Origin: an uncultured Gemmatimonadales bacterium
GTDB taxonomy: Bacteria > Gemmatimonadota > Gemmatimonadetes > Gemmatimonadales > JACORV01
Direction: 5' to 3'
DNA: 64,000 bases
Assembly (NCBI GenBank): GCA_963718005.1
Contig: CAVQXV010000008.1
Location: 82,557-146,556 of the forward strand
The position numbers were made by a program, and so were the translations under genes. This document shows, piece by piece, positions 1 to 14,112 of this stretch. Under the pieces are notes generated by a model. That model made no database searches. It worked only from the letters and a program-made list of their open reading frames with translations, and was not told the DNA's origin. Position 1 is the first letter of the stretch. Each line of letters begins with the position of its first letter.

Positions 1-1608
1 GTCGGGCACGTCGCGCCAGATGATCAGGCGGTCGGACACGCTGGTGCGGCGGTCGAGGAGCGGCGGCGCCTGCAGGGTCCACGCGAGCAGCAGCCGGCGC
101 GGCAGGCCGCCCAGCCTGAGGCCCGACGGCCCGGCGGCCGGCGCCGGCTCGTCGGGACCGACGACGGCGAGCTCGGCGCCGTGGGCCAGGAAGCGGATGC
201 GGCCGTCGGCCCGCGCGAAGGGCTGCGGCACGGCGCTCGTCCCCGACGCCGGATCCAGCGCGCCGAAGAAGCGCAGCGAGCCGTCGCCCGCGGCGCCCGC
301 CGCCACGGCCACCGGGTCGCCGGCCCAGGCGAGCGGTCCGCGGTGCAGCGCCGTCCAGCCGGCGGGACGGGCCGCCCGCCGCAACGCGAGCACGTCGGTC
401 TCCGGGACGGCGAGCGCCACGAAGGCCGGCGCGCCTCCGGCGCCGGGATAGGCGTCGAGGGTGGTGCTCCAGGCGCGCGGGCGGCTGCTGTCGGCCAGCG
501 CCGCGTTCAGGGCCGCGTCGAGCAGCCCGGGCTCCGCATCCCAGGGCGAGAGACCGTCGAGCGCGCGCCGCACCGCCTCGAGGCTTTCCGCCGGCAGCGC
601 CGCGCGCGACCGGCGGCTGCTCCTGCCGCACGTTGTCGAGCACGCCGAGGCCGGCCCGGGAATAGCGGTCGGCGTACTGCGCCAGCGCGAGCTGGGCCGC
701 GAGGTCCGGCTTGCCCCGCCACGCGTCCGACAGGTAGGGCGCCACGTAGCGCCCCACCAGCGCGCCGACGGCGAGCGTCACCCACATCGCCAGCAGCAGG
801 CCGTGGCGGCTGAGCCGCAAGGTGGCGACGGTGCCCGCCGCCACCACCAGCGCGAGCGCGGCGAGCGCCGTGGCGGCCGGGATGCGCACCGCCCGATCGG
901 CCGCGGCGAGCGCGCCGTCGGCGCTGCCGCCCCCGCCCACGAGCGCGAACGCGTCGAGCTGGAACCCCCAAGCCACGACCAGCGCCAGCAGCGCGGCGAG
1001 CAGCACCAGGTGGGTCCGCGCGTGCGGCGTCATCCTGAGCCGCCGCTCGGCCACGCGTGATGCTGCCGGTCATGGCGTAGAGGGCCGTCGCGACGAACGC
1101 CGCCGAACAGCACCAGCAGCAGGGCGGCGAGGTGAGCGGTCTCGAGCAGCGGCAGGCGCGCGACGTAGAAGACGGCGTCGTGCCCGAGCACGGGTTCCTG
1201 CAGGTTGAGCGGCACGGCGGAGCGGTACAGGGCGACCAGGGCGGGAACGTCGGTGAACGTCGCGGCGGTGACGAGGCCGAGCACCAGCGCCAGCAGGCCG
1301 GCGATCCAGCGCAGCACCCGCCGGGGCACCGCCTCGGCGATCTCGAGGTTGCCGACCCGGCGCGGCAGGTGCACCGCGCCGATGGAGCGGTACACGGCGA
1401 ACGTCTGGGCCGCGTACCACAGCGTGGCCGTGGCCGCGACGGCCAGCTGCCACAGCAGGTCGTGCACCAGGCGCGACCAGTAGAGCGCGGAGAAGCCGAG
1501 GTCGGCGTACCACGAGGCCTCGGTGTACCGGATCGCCGTCCAGCGGCCCCCGAACAGCACGACGAAGACGGCGGCGACGGCGTACAGCGCGACGCGACGC
1601 CGGCTCAT
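1..1608 (-). CDS. UPF0182-family membrane protein (runs off the window start; frameshifted)
   Basis: [51 protein letters not shown] matches the UPF0182 N-terminal pattern; ATG overlaps the PMM stop. Confidence 0.75.
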
Positions 1609-2990
1609 GCCAGCCCGCCGACCCCCTGGGCGCGCAGCACCTGCTCCGCCTCTCGGCGGATGGTCTCCAGGCCCGCGGCGCTCCTGGCCTCGAACCGGAG
1701 CACCAGGAGGGGCTGGGTGTTGGACGCGCGGATGAGGCCCCAGCCGTCGGCCGTGCGCCAGCGCACGCCGTCGATGCGTGACGGTCGTGTAGCGCTCGGC
1801 GAAGTGCTTCGCCGCGGCCGCCACGACGGCGGTCTTCCGCTCGCTCGGGGCAATCCACCCGGATCTCGGGGGTGGACACGTACTGCGGCAGCGCGCCGCG
1901 CAGCGCGGAGAGCGGCTGCGGCTGGCCCGCCACGATCTTGCAGCAGCCGCGCCGCCGCGTACAGCGCGTCGTCGAAGCCCAGGTAGTCGGGCGGCCCGAA
2001 GAACATGTGCCCGCTCATCTCGCCGGCCAGCACGGCGCCGCTCTCCTTCATCTTCCGCTTGATGAACGAGTGGCCGGTCATCCACATGGTCGGCTTGGCG
2101 CCCACCCGCTCCAGCGTCTCGACGAGCGCGTCGGAGCACTTGACGTCGAAGATCACCTCGCGGCCCTTGCCCAGGCGCCGCACCAGGTCGCGTGCCGAGC
2201 AGCGCCAGGATCTGGTCGCCGAACAGCACCACGCCGCCCTCGTCCACCGCGCCGATGCGGTCGCCGTCGCCGTCGAAGGCGATGCCGAGGTCGGCCTTGA
2301 CGGCCTTCACGCGCGCCTGGAGATCCACGAGGTTGGCCAGGACCGTCGGATCGGGATGGTGGTTGGGAAAGCGTGCCGTCCGACTCGCAGTACAGCCGGT
2401 CCACCCTGGCGCCGAGGGCCTCGAGCACGCCGGGATAGGTGAGGCCCGGCACGCCGTTGCCGCAGTCCACCACCACGGTGAGCGGGCGCGCGAGCTTGCC
2501 GATCCGGGAGACGATCTCGTCGCCGTAGGCGTCCCGCACGTCGTGCGCGGTGGCGCCGCCCTTCCCCGCCGCGAAGCGGCCCGCCTCGATGCGCGCGCGC
2601 AGGCCCTGGATGTCGTCCCCCGCGAACGGCAGGCCGCCCAGGACCATCTTGAAGCCGTTCATCTCCGGCGGATTGTGCGAGCCGGTGACCTGTACGCCGC
2701 CGTCGGCCGAGAGGTGGTGGATGGCGAAGTAGAGGGCCGGGGTCGGCACCAGGCCCACGGTCGAGCACCTGCGTGCCCGCGGAGGTGAGGCCCTCGACCA
2801 GGGCGCCCAGCAGCGATTCGCCGGAGGGCCGGTTGTCGCGCCCGACCGCCAGCGTGGCGGGCCGCCCGAGCCGCTCCCGGGCCTCCGCGCCCATCGCCGC
2901 GCCCACCAGCCGCGCGGCGTCCGTCGTCAGGTCCACGCCGACGGTGCCCCGGATGTCGTATTGCCGGAAGATGACGGGATCGATGCGCAT
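1605..2990 (-). CDS. phosphomannomutase/phosphoglucomutase (frameshifted)
   Basis: [17 protein letters not shown] (catalytic Ser), FDGDGDR, GEMSGH, RASNTQP motifs across frames. Confidence 0.93.
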
Positions 2991-3023
2991 CGTGTGGCGG
3001 CTCGGGCTCGCGCGCCCGCCTCG

Positions 3024-4557
3024 CTAGTTGGCGACCGGTACCGGGGCGGAGATCGTGGTGACGTTCGCGGGCAGGAAGGCGTGGGAGCCCGCGCGCGCCG
3101 CGTCGAGGACCCGGTTCGGGCCACAGGCCGAAGATCACCAGCGCCGCCACCATCACCGCCAGCGTGAACCCGGTGAGTCGCGGCACCAGCACCCCGGCGT
3201 GGGCCTGGTCGTGGGTGCGGGGCTTCATGTACATGGCCATCACGACGGGGAGATAGTACCCCGCCGACACCACGCTGGTCAGCACCAGGATCGCGGCCAG
3301 CGACGCCGTAGCCGCCGCCGGTGGCCGAGACGAGGATGTACCACTTGCCGATGAAGCCGGCCGTGCCGGGGAAGCCGAGCAGCGACAGCATGCAGACCGT
3401 CAGGCCGAGCGCGAGCGCGGGGCGCGACTCGGCGAGCCCGGCGAGGTCGTCCACGAGGACGTCGCGCTCGCCGCCGCGGCCCATCAGGGCGAGGATGGCG
3501 AACGCGCCCACCGTCATCAGCGTGTAGAACAGCAGGTAGAAGAGGAACGCGGCCGCGCCGGCGGTCGTGCCCGCGACCAGCGCCGTCAGCAGGTAGCCGG
3601 CGTGGGCGATGCTCGAGTACGCCAGCATGCGCTTGACCGACCGCTGGACCAGGGCCACCAGGTTGCCCACGATCATCGTGAGCGCGGCCAGCCACCAGAT
3701 CACCTGCTCCCACACCTGGTGCATGCCGAAGCTGCCGAACGCCTCCAGCAGCACGCGGAACAGCGCCGCGAACGCGGCGGCCTTGACCGCGGCGGCCATG
3801 AAGCCGGTCACGGGCGTGGGCGCGCCGTCGTACACGTCGGGCGTCCACATGTGGAACGGGCACCGCGGCCACCTTGAAGCCGAAGCCGATCAGCAGCAGC
3901 GCCAGGCCGGCGAGCAGCATCGGGTGATGGGTCAGCGACAGCGGCTGGATCTGCGCGGCGATCATCGGGAGCCGGGTCGAGCCGGTGGCGCCGTAGAGCA
4001 GCGCGATGCCGTAGAGGAGGAACGCCGACGCGAACGCCCCGAGCAGGAAGTACTTGAGCGCCGCCTCCCCGCCCACCTTGCTGCGCCGGTCGATCCCCGA
4101 GAGCACGTACACCGACACCGACATCAGCTCCAGGCCGAGGAACAGCACGAACAGGTCCTCGCCCGCCGCCAGCAGCATCATGCCCACGGCGGCGAACAGG
4201 ACCAGCACGTGGTACTCGGGGATCGCGGATCGCCTCGCGCTCGAGGTAGTCCACGGAGAACAGCACGGCCAGCGCCGCGGCCAGCAGCACGATCAGGTCC
4301 ACGGCGAAGCGGAACGGGTCCACCGCCAGGCTGGTGGAGATGCCGGCGACCCGTGCGCCCGACGCCCACAGCCAGCACGGTCGCCGCCGCGGCGAGCGCG
4401 ATGCCCACCAGGGCGAGCAGGCCCGTGCGGCGCTGCGCCCCCGGCTCCTTGTGGTGCCAGGCGGCGTCGAGCAGCAGCAGCATGGCCCACAACGCGAGCA
4501 CGGTCTCGGGAGAGCCGCCCGCAGGAGGTCCCAGCCGCGGTCGAGGTCGAGGGGCAT
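3024..4557 (-). CDS. nuoN: NADH-quinone oxidoreductase subunit N
   Basis: [44 protein letters not shown]; operon position. Confidence 0.95.
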
Positions 4558-6164
4558 CACGGCAGCCTCGCGTCGGCCACCGCGCCGGAGGACTCGCGTC
4601 CGGCGACGCCGGCGTGCCCTGCGCCTCCGCGGGCGCCACACGGCCCTGCACCGCCTCGATGAAGTGGCGCGCCGACGGCTCCATCCGCCGCAGCACCGGG
4701 CCCGGAGACAGGCCGAGCCACAGGATGACCGCGAGAGCGGCACCAGGACGCCCCACTCGCGGCCGGTGAGATCGGTGAGCGCCTGGTTCTCCGGCTTGTC
4801 GAGCTTGTAGTAGATCACCCGCTGCAGCGCCCACAGCAGGTACGCCGCGGCGAAGATGACGCCGGTGGCGGCGATGCCCGCGGCCACGGGATGGGTGCGG
4901 AAGGTGCCGAGCAGGACCAGGAACTCGCCCACGAACCCGTTGGTGCCCGGCAGCGCCGATGCGACGACAGGCGACCAGCGTCAGGACGGCCGCGAACATC
5001 GGCACCACGCGGGCGATGCCGCCGAAGTCCGCGATCAGGCGGCGTGTGGCGGCGCTCGTAGATCATGCCGACCAGGAAGAACAGCGCGCCGGTCGAGATG
5101 CCGTGGTTGATCATGACCATCAGCGCGCCCTGCACGCTCTGCACCGTCATGGCCCAGATGCCGAGCACCACGAAGCCCAGGTGGCTCACCGACGAGTAGG
5201 CGACGAGCTTCTTGAAGTCGGGCTGCACCATCGCGACCAGCGCGCCGTAGATGATGCCCACCACCGCCAGCGTCGACGACGACGGCGCGCACCGTGCGGT
5301 TCATCGCCACGTCCGGGAACAGCGGCAGCGCGAACCGCAGGAAGCCGTAGGTGCCCATCTTGAGCAGGATGCCGGCCAGGATCACCGAGCCCGCCGTGGG
5401 CGCCTCGACGTGCGCGTCGGGCAGCCAGGTGTGGAACGGGAACATCGGCACCTTGATGGCGAACGCCAGGGAGAAGGCGCCGAACAGCCAGAACTGGGTC
5501 GTGCGGCGGCAGCGTCGCGTACTGCGCAGGATGTGCGTCGTAGTCGAAGGAATACGGTCGCGCCGGCGCGCGCGGCCCGCGTTGAAGTAGAGCACGAGGA
5601 TCGCGACCAGCATCAGCAGCGAGCCGAGCATCGTGTAGATGAAGAACTTGATGCTGGCGTAGAGCCGCCGTTCGCCGCCCCACACGCCGATGATGAAGTA
5701 CATCGGGATCAGCATCACTTCCCAGAACACGTAGAACAGGAACAGGTCGAGCGCCACGAACACGCCGAGCATGCCGGTGGTCAGCACCAGCAGCAGCGCG
5801 TAGTAGCTCGTGCTCGCGTCGCGTGATGCCCGCCCAGCTGCCGAGCACGGCCAGCGGCATCAGGAAGGTCGTGAGCAGGACCATGAACAGCGAGATGCCG
5901 TCGATGCCCACGCGGTAATCGATGCCCCAGGCCGGGATCCACGGGACGTCGACCCGCCGACCTGCACCGCCGGCCCGGCGGGATCGAAGGCCCACCACAG
6001 GCCGAGCGACACGACGAACTCGAGCGAGCGGCGACGGCGAACGCGACCCGCTTGGCCGCGGCCGCCGGCACCGCCCACAGCACCAGCGCGCCGGCCAGTG
6101 GAATCAGGAGCAGGGCGCTGAGCGCCCAGCGCGTGTAGTGGATGTGGACGAGGAACTCGTTCAC
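4557..6164 (-). CDS. nuoM: NADH-quinone oxidoreductase subunit M
   Basis: [50 protein letters not shown]. Confidence 0.95.
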
Positions 6165-6170
6165 GGTGAC

Positions 6171-8234
6171 CTAGCGGAGCAGCGCCGCCGAGCACGAGCG
6201 ACGCCCCGATGACGAAGAAGACCACGTAGGTGCCGAGCTGGCCCGACTGCAGGCGGCTGCCGAGCCATCCCAGGCCGCGCGCCACCGCGGCGGAGCCGTT
6301 GACGCCCAGCCGTCGTCGATCACGCCGGCGTCCAGCCCCTTCCACAGCACCACGCGCGAGAACCGCACCAGCGGCCGCACGATCACCGCGCCGTAGATCT
6401 CGTCCACGTAGTACTTGTCGCGCGAGCAGCCTGGCGAAGCCGGTCTCGGCCGCGGATGCGCGCTCGGGCGGCGAGCAGCGCCTCGGCTTGAGGACCCGGG
6501 TACGCCGAGCCAGATGGCCGCCGGCCGCCGATCAGAGGCGGCCAGCGTCATCAGCGCGGAGCTCGCGTGCCGGTCGAGGGCGCCAGCGCGCGGGAGCAGC
6601 GCCGCGCTACGCTCGGTCAGCGGGCTCGAGCGCAGCGCTGGCAGCGGCATCGAGCGTGCGGCAGGTTGAGCACGCCGCCCAGCAGCGGTGAGCACGCCGA
6701 GCACGACCAGCGGCCCGGTCATCACCCACGGGCGCCTCGTGCAGGTGCGGCGCGGCGCCGTTCGCCCGTGCGGTTCGGGCCGTGGAACGTGTAGAGCATC
6801 AGCCGCGTCATGTAGAACGCGGTGAGGAGCGCCGCCACGAGTCCCGAACACCCAGACGCACGGTAGCCAGAAGCGGGTCGGCACGTCGCCGCGCGGCGAA
6901 CGCGGCGCCGAGGATCTCGTCCTTCGAGAAGAAGCCCGCGAGCGGCGGGATGCCGGCGATGGCGAGCGTGGCGATCCACATGAGCCCGCGACGTCCACGG
7001 CAGGTAGGCCGCAGGCCGCCCATGTTGCGCATGTCCTGCGCGTCGTCGTGGCTGTGCGTGTGCGTGGTAGGCGCGCGTGCATCGCGTGGATCACGCTGCC
7101 GGCGCCGAGGAACAGCAGCGCCTTGAAGAAGGCGTGCGTGACGAGGTGGAAGACGCCGGCGGCGTAGGCGCCCGCGCCCGACGCCGAGGAACATGTAGCC
7201 GAGCTGCGAGACGGTGCTGAATAGGCGAGGACCTTCTTGATGTCCCACTGCTTGAGCCCGATGGTCGCCGCGAACAGCGCCGTGAGCGCGCCGACGCCGG
7301 CCACCACCGCGCAGGCCACCGGCGAGATCGGCGAACAGGAAGTGCTGCGCGCGACGAGGTACACGCCCGCCGTGACCATCGTGGCGGCGTGGATGAGCGC
7401 CGAGACCGGCGTCGGGACCCGCCATCGCGTCGGGCAGCCACACGTAGAGCGGGATCTGGGCGCTCTTGCCCGTGCAGCCCGAGGAACAGGAACGAGCGCG
7501 ATGGCCGTGACCGTGCCGCCGCCGGCCGACCAGGCTCGTGCGGCGCCCGGGCGAACACCTCGCGGAAGTCGAGCGAGCCCAGCGTGCGCGAAGAGGAGGA
7601 ACATCGCGACCAGGAAGCCGAAGTCGCCGATGCGGTTGACGATGAACGCCTTCTTCCCGGCGTCGGCGTTGGCCTTCTCGCTCGAACCAGAACCCGATCA
7701 GCAGGTACGAGCAGAGCCCCACGCCCTCCCAGCCGACGAACATCACCGGGTAGTTGGCGCCCGAGCACCAGCACGAGCATGAAGAACACGAACAGGTTCA
7801 GGTACGCGAAGTAGCGCGCGTAGCCCGGGTCGTCGCTGCATGTAGCCGACGCTGAAGACGTGGATCAGCGAGCCGACGCCCGGTGACGACCAGCATCATC
7901 ACCACCGAGAGCTGGTCGAGCTGGAAGCGCGGCGTCGACCTGGAGGTCGCCGACCGGGATCCAGCGGTACCAGCAGGGTGCGCACGTCACGGCGTCGGCG
8001 GCGGTGCGCCCGCGAGAGCACCGCCGAGGAACGACCGCCACCCCGAGCCACGAACGGCGGCGGCGCACGTGCTGCCGACGCCCGACCACGCGTCGACCGG
8101 CGCCGCTTGCGCGCTGCGGCCGCGACGGAAGGCGCCAGCGCCCGCGTTCGACCAGCGAAGCCCGGCGAACGGGAGCAGGACACGGAGCGCAGATCCACGT
8201 CGGCCGGCGACGCGCCCGGGACGGCGGTCGTCAT
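6171..8234 (-). CDS. nuoL: NADH-quinone oxidoreductase subunit L
   Basis: [57 protein letters not shown]; heavily frameshifted. Confidence 0.93.
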
Positions 8235-8530
8235 AGCCCTGCAGCAGGTTGATGTTCTGGAGGTTCACGCGTGTCCCGGTGCCGGAAGACCGCGATGATG
8301 ATCGCCAGGCCGACCGCCGCCTCGGCGGCGGCCACGGTCATGACGAAGAACACGAACACCTGCCCGGCGAGCCCGAGCTGCTGCGACAGCGCGACGAACG
8401 TGAGGTTCACGGCGTTGAGCATCAGCTCGACGCACATGAAGATCACGATCGCGTTGCGGCGGAGCAGCACGCCGACCACGCCGAGCGAGAACAGGACCGC
8501 CGACACGGCGAGGGACGGGCCGAGCAGCAC
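8231..8530 (-). CDS. nuoK: NADH-quinone oxidoreductase subunit K
   Basis: [33 protein letters not shown]. Confidence 0.95.
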   Translation of the reverse strand: MLLGPSLAVSAVLFSLGVVGVLLRRNAIVIFMCVELMLNAVNLTFVALSQQLGLAGQVFVFFVMTVAAAEAAVGLAIIIAVFRHRDTREPPEHQPAAGL

Positions 8531-8531
8531 G

Positions 8532-9059
8532 CTACAGCCTCCGCTTGCGCGAGCACGACGGCGCCGACGATGGCCGCCAGCAGCAGCATGCACGTGATCT
8601 CGAACGGCAGGAGGTACCCTGGAACAGCGGGCTGCGCCACGGCGCGCACGGCGCCGCGCGTGCCGCCACCATCCCGGCCAGCGTGCCCGCCGGGAGCGTC
8701 AGGTCGCCGGGCGGGCCGACGAGCCGCAGCGCGATCGAGCTCGGCGACCAGGACCAGTCCCGCGACGCCCGCCACCAGCCCGGCCCCACGGGCCCGTCAT
8801 GTCGGCGTCCCGGCTGTGCCCGAGGTTGAGCAGCATGATGACGAACAGGAACACCACCATGATCGCGCCGGCGTAGACCAGCACCTGCGATGACGGCGAT
8901 GAACTGCGGCGTCGAGCAGCACGTAGAGCGCCGCCAGGCAGAACAGCGTCATCACCAGCCACAGCGCGCTCGCCACCGGGCTCCGGCGCGTCACGCACAG
9001 GAAGGCCGACGCGATGGCGATCGCCCGGCGAATGACCCAGAAGAGCGATGAGCGGTCAC
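8532..9059 (-). CDS. nuoJ: NADH-quinone oxidoreductase subunit J
   Basis: [29 protein letters not shown]. Confidence 0.92.
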
Positions 9060-9063
9060 GGCA

Positions 9064-9571
9064 TCACTCCCCCTTCGGGTCGGCCGGGATCCCACAGCGT
9101 CGAGACCGGATGCGTCTGCGCCATGAGCCGCTCGAGGTCGTACACGAAGCCGTCGCGGCTGTACTCCGCGTTCTCGTAGTGGCACGCCGACGTGGATCGC
9201 CTCCTCCGGGCAGACCTCCTGGCAGTAGCCGCAGAACACGCAGCGGAACTCGTCGATCTCGTAGACCAGCGGATAGCGGTTGCCCTTCTCGTCCTCGCCC
9301 GGCACGAGCTTGATGCAGTTCGCCGGGCACACCTGCGGGCACAGGCCGCAGGCCACGCACTTCGCCTTGCCGGTCTCGTCCACGCCATGCGGTGCGTGCC
9401 GCGCCACCGCTTGGAGAGCGTCCATCCGCCGTGCTCGTCTGCTCCGGGTACTGCATCGTCCACTTCTGTGGCGAACAGGTGCTTGAACGTGAGCGCCATG
9501 CCCTTGAGGGTGGCCCGCACGTACGAGCTCTCGGACTCGGGCCGCGCGAGGGCCTTGACCGTGATGGCCAT
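9064..9571 (-). CDS. nuoI: NADH-quinone oxidoreductase subunit I
   Basis: two 4Fe-4S motifs CVACGLCPQVCP and CVFCGYCQEVCP. Confidence 0.95.
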
Positions 9572-10801
9572 CAGGCCGCGTCCCCGTCTCGCGCGTCGCG
9601 TCGGCGCGCCACCGCGTCCGCTGGCGCGACGCCGACCCGCCGATGACCCGGTTGCGGTCGAGGCCCCACAGCAGCACGGCGACCGAGCACCAGGCTCACC
9701 CCGGTGAGCGACAGCGCGTAGCGGATGCCGAACGGGACGCCGGCGGACTCGAGGGCCCAGCACCAGGACGGCCACGACCATCACGTACGCCAGCGCCACC
9801 GGCAGCAGGACCTTCCAGCCGAGGCCATCAGCTGGTCGAAGCGGAACCGCGGGAGCGTCCAGCGCACCCACATGTAGATGAGCAGGAACAGCACCACCTT
9901 CGCCCAGAACGCGCCGAGCGTGGCGAGCGAACTTGAGCACCGTCCACGGCGGCGTGTTGTCCCATGCCGTGAAGGGGATGTCCCAGCCGCCGAAGAACAG
10001 CGTCACCATCAGCGCGCGACGCCGTCACCATGTTCGAGTACTCGGCGATGTAGAACATCGAGAACTTCATCGCGCAGTACTCGGTGTGATAGCCGGCGAT
10101 CAGCTCGGCCTCCGCCTCCGGCAGGTCGAACGGCAGCCGGTTGGTCTCGGCGAAGCTGGCGATGAAGAAGGTGAAGAACGCGACGAACAGCGGCAGCACG
10201 TACCACAGGCTCTGCTGCTGCCGGGCCACGATCGTCGTTCAGCGTGACGTTGCCGGCGAGCAGCAGCACCGCGACCGCCGACATCCCCATGGCGATCTCG
10301 TACGAGATCATCTGGCGCTCGAGCCCCGCAGGCCGCCCAGCAGCGAGTACTTGTTGTTCGATCGACCAGCCCGCCAGCACGACGCCGTACACGCCGAGCG
10401 AGCCGATGGCCAGGATGTAGAGGAACCCGACCGGCAGGTCGGCGACGGCGCTGTTCATCAGCCCCCAGGGCGTGGGCAGCGGCGAGGCGAAGGGCATCAC
10501 CGCGAACGTGAGCAGGGCCGGCATGAAGGCCATCACCGGCGCGAGCATGAACAGGAAGCGGTCGGCAGAACGGCCGGCAGGGTCTCTTCCTTCAGGAAGT
10601 TCTTGAGCCCGTCCGCCGCCGGCTGGAAGAGCCCTTCCGGGCCGACGCGGTTGGGCCCCAGCCGGTCCTGGATCCATGCCCGCGCCGCCGGCGCTCCACC
10701 CAGGTCCAGAAGGCGATCAGGGAGAGGAGGCCGCCGAACACGACCAGGATCTTGACCACCGAGATCCACACGACTAGGGGCGCACCGCTCAGCGGGCTCA
10801 T
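9571..10801 (-). CDS. nuoH: NADH-quinone oxidoreductase subunit H
   Basis: [42 protein letters not shown]. Confidence 0.95.
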
Positions 10802-12252
10802 GCGCGGCTCCGCCACCCGGGCGACCAGCGCGGCGCGCAGCGCTTCCAGGATCCACGCGCGCCGGGCGCGCCATGCCGGGGGCGGCCTTGGCCTGGCCGT
10901 AACGCTGGCGCGGCCCGCGCAGGTTCTGGAAGGTGCCTTCCTCCTCCGCCATGTTGGCGCACGGCAGCACCACCGCGGCGGCGCGCGCGCCCGTCCGGCA
11001 GCACCGTCCCCACGTACGATCAGCCGACCAGCGGTGACCGGCGCGGCCACGCCCTCGAGGTCGTCGTCCAGGACGAGCACGATGCCGGCGGCCTTGGCGC
11101 GCAGGACGGCCGCGTCCCAGTCGCGCGCGAACCCGGCCGCGACGGCGCCGTGCACGTTGGGCGCGCGCTCCGTGCGCAGCGCGAGGTCGGGGACGCCGGC
11201 AGCGGCTGCCTCCGGGCCCTCGCGCACGCGGAAGGCGCCGCCGCCGCGCTTCGGCTCCAGCAGGCGGGCGAGCCGCCTCGAGCGCCTCGCAGGAGGCGCC
11301 GGCGACACCAGCGCCACCCACGGCTCGGCGGTGGCGCCCGCGAGCCGGCCGCCCGCTCCAGCGCCTGCTCCCAGTCCACCGGCACGAGCCGATCGCCCTG
11401 GCGCACCAGCGGCGCCTCGATGCGGTCGCCCCGGTTGAGCCAGGCGTAGTTGAGGCGGCCCTCGTCGCACATGCACCAGCGGTTCACGGCCGTGGTTCGG
11501 CCGGGGCCGCACCCGCACGACCATGTTGTCGCGCGTCTCGAGCATCGGTGTTGCAGCCCTGCGTGCAGCCGGGGCAGACGGACGAGGTCCGGTCGAAGTC
11601 CCACGACCCGGGCCTTGTTGAGGAAGTCCTTGGAGAGGAGCGAGCCCACCGGGCAGAGGTCGACCACGTTGCCCGCCCACGGGTGGTCGAGCGCCTTGCC
11701 CTCGAACATGCCGATGAGGGCGCGGTCGCCGCGCTCCTCGACGTTGAGCACCGGCTCCTGCGCCACGTCCTCCATGAACCGCACGCAGCGCGTGCACAGG
11801 ATGCAGCGGTTGGGCACGTACAGGATGTCGGGCCCGAAATCCTCGACCGGGTTGTAGCGCTTGGCGTAGTCGGCGTAGCGGCCCGACGCCCGGCCCTCCT
11901 GGTACGCGTAGTCCTGCAGCTCGCACTCGCCCGACTTGGTCGCAGATCGGGCAGTCGAGCGGGTGGTTGATGAGCAGGAACTCGAGCACGCCCTGGCGCG
12001 CCGCCTTGGCCTGCTCGCTCGAGACGTGGACCACCATGCCCGTCGCGCGACCGGCGTGGCGCACGAGGGCGACGGGCTTGGGGCTCTTCTCGACGTCCAC
12101 CAGGCACATCCGGCACGAGCCGGCCACCGGCAGGCCCGGGTGGTAGCAGTAGTGCGGGATCAGGACGCCGGCCGGCTTGGCGGCCTCGAGCACCGACGTG
12201 CCCGCGGGCACCTCGACCTCACGGCCCTCGATCGTGAGCTTGACGAGGTCGC

Positions 12253-12256
<4 letters not shown>
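10798..12256 (-). CDS. nuoG: NADH-quinone oxidoreductase subunit G (short form, ~490 aa)
   Basis: [51 protein letters not shown]. Confidence 0.9.
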
Positions 12257-13560
<1,304 letters not shown>

Positions 13561-13565
13561 GGCGC

Positions 13566-14112
13566 CTACCGGTACGCGGGCGACGAGGGCGGGCACCGAC
13601 GCGGCGGTCACGCTCTCGACGAAGTCGTCGTTGATCATCACGGGCGTCGCGAAACCGCAGGCGCCGAGGCATTCCACCTCGATCGACGGTCCACCGGCCG
13701 TCCGGGCTGGTCGCGCCCGAGCGCCTTCGCGCCGGTCTGCCTTGAGGAACGCCTCGCACCACCCCCTCGGCGCCGCACACGTTGCAGGGCGACGTCGTGC
13801 ACACCTGGACGAAGTACTTCCCGACCGGATGCTGGTGGTACATGGTGTAGAACGTCACCACGCCCTTCACGTAGGCGGGCGTGAGCTCGAGGACGTCGGC
13901 GACCTCCGCCATGCCCGCCGGCGAGATCCAGCCGTGCGCCTCCTGCACCATCCACAGGGCCGGCAGCAGCGCCGCCGGCCTTGGCCGGGTAGCTGCGCGA
14001 GCAGGGCGTCGAGCTGCTTGCGCCCCTCGCCCACGAAGACCGGCGGCAGCTCGGCCGCCGCCGTGCCGTGCGTCTGCGCGTCCGTGCCGTCCGTGCGCCT
14101 GCGCCGGCTCAC
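13566..14112 (-). CDS. nuoE: NADH-quinone oxidoreductase subunit E
   Basis: VVTFYTMY, VCTTSPCNVCG, ECLGACGFA 2Fe-2S motifs. Confidence 0.93.
14061..14105 (-). repeat. degenerate octamer tandem repeat (RCGCACRG; family C) in the nuoE 5' end
   Basis: minus strand GCGCAG GCGCACGG ACGGCACGG ACGCGCAG ACGCACGG CACGG; same unit as 56714-56745. Confidence 0.55.
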
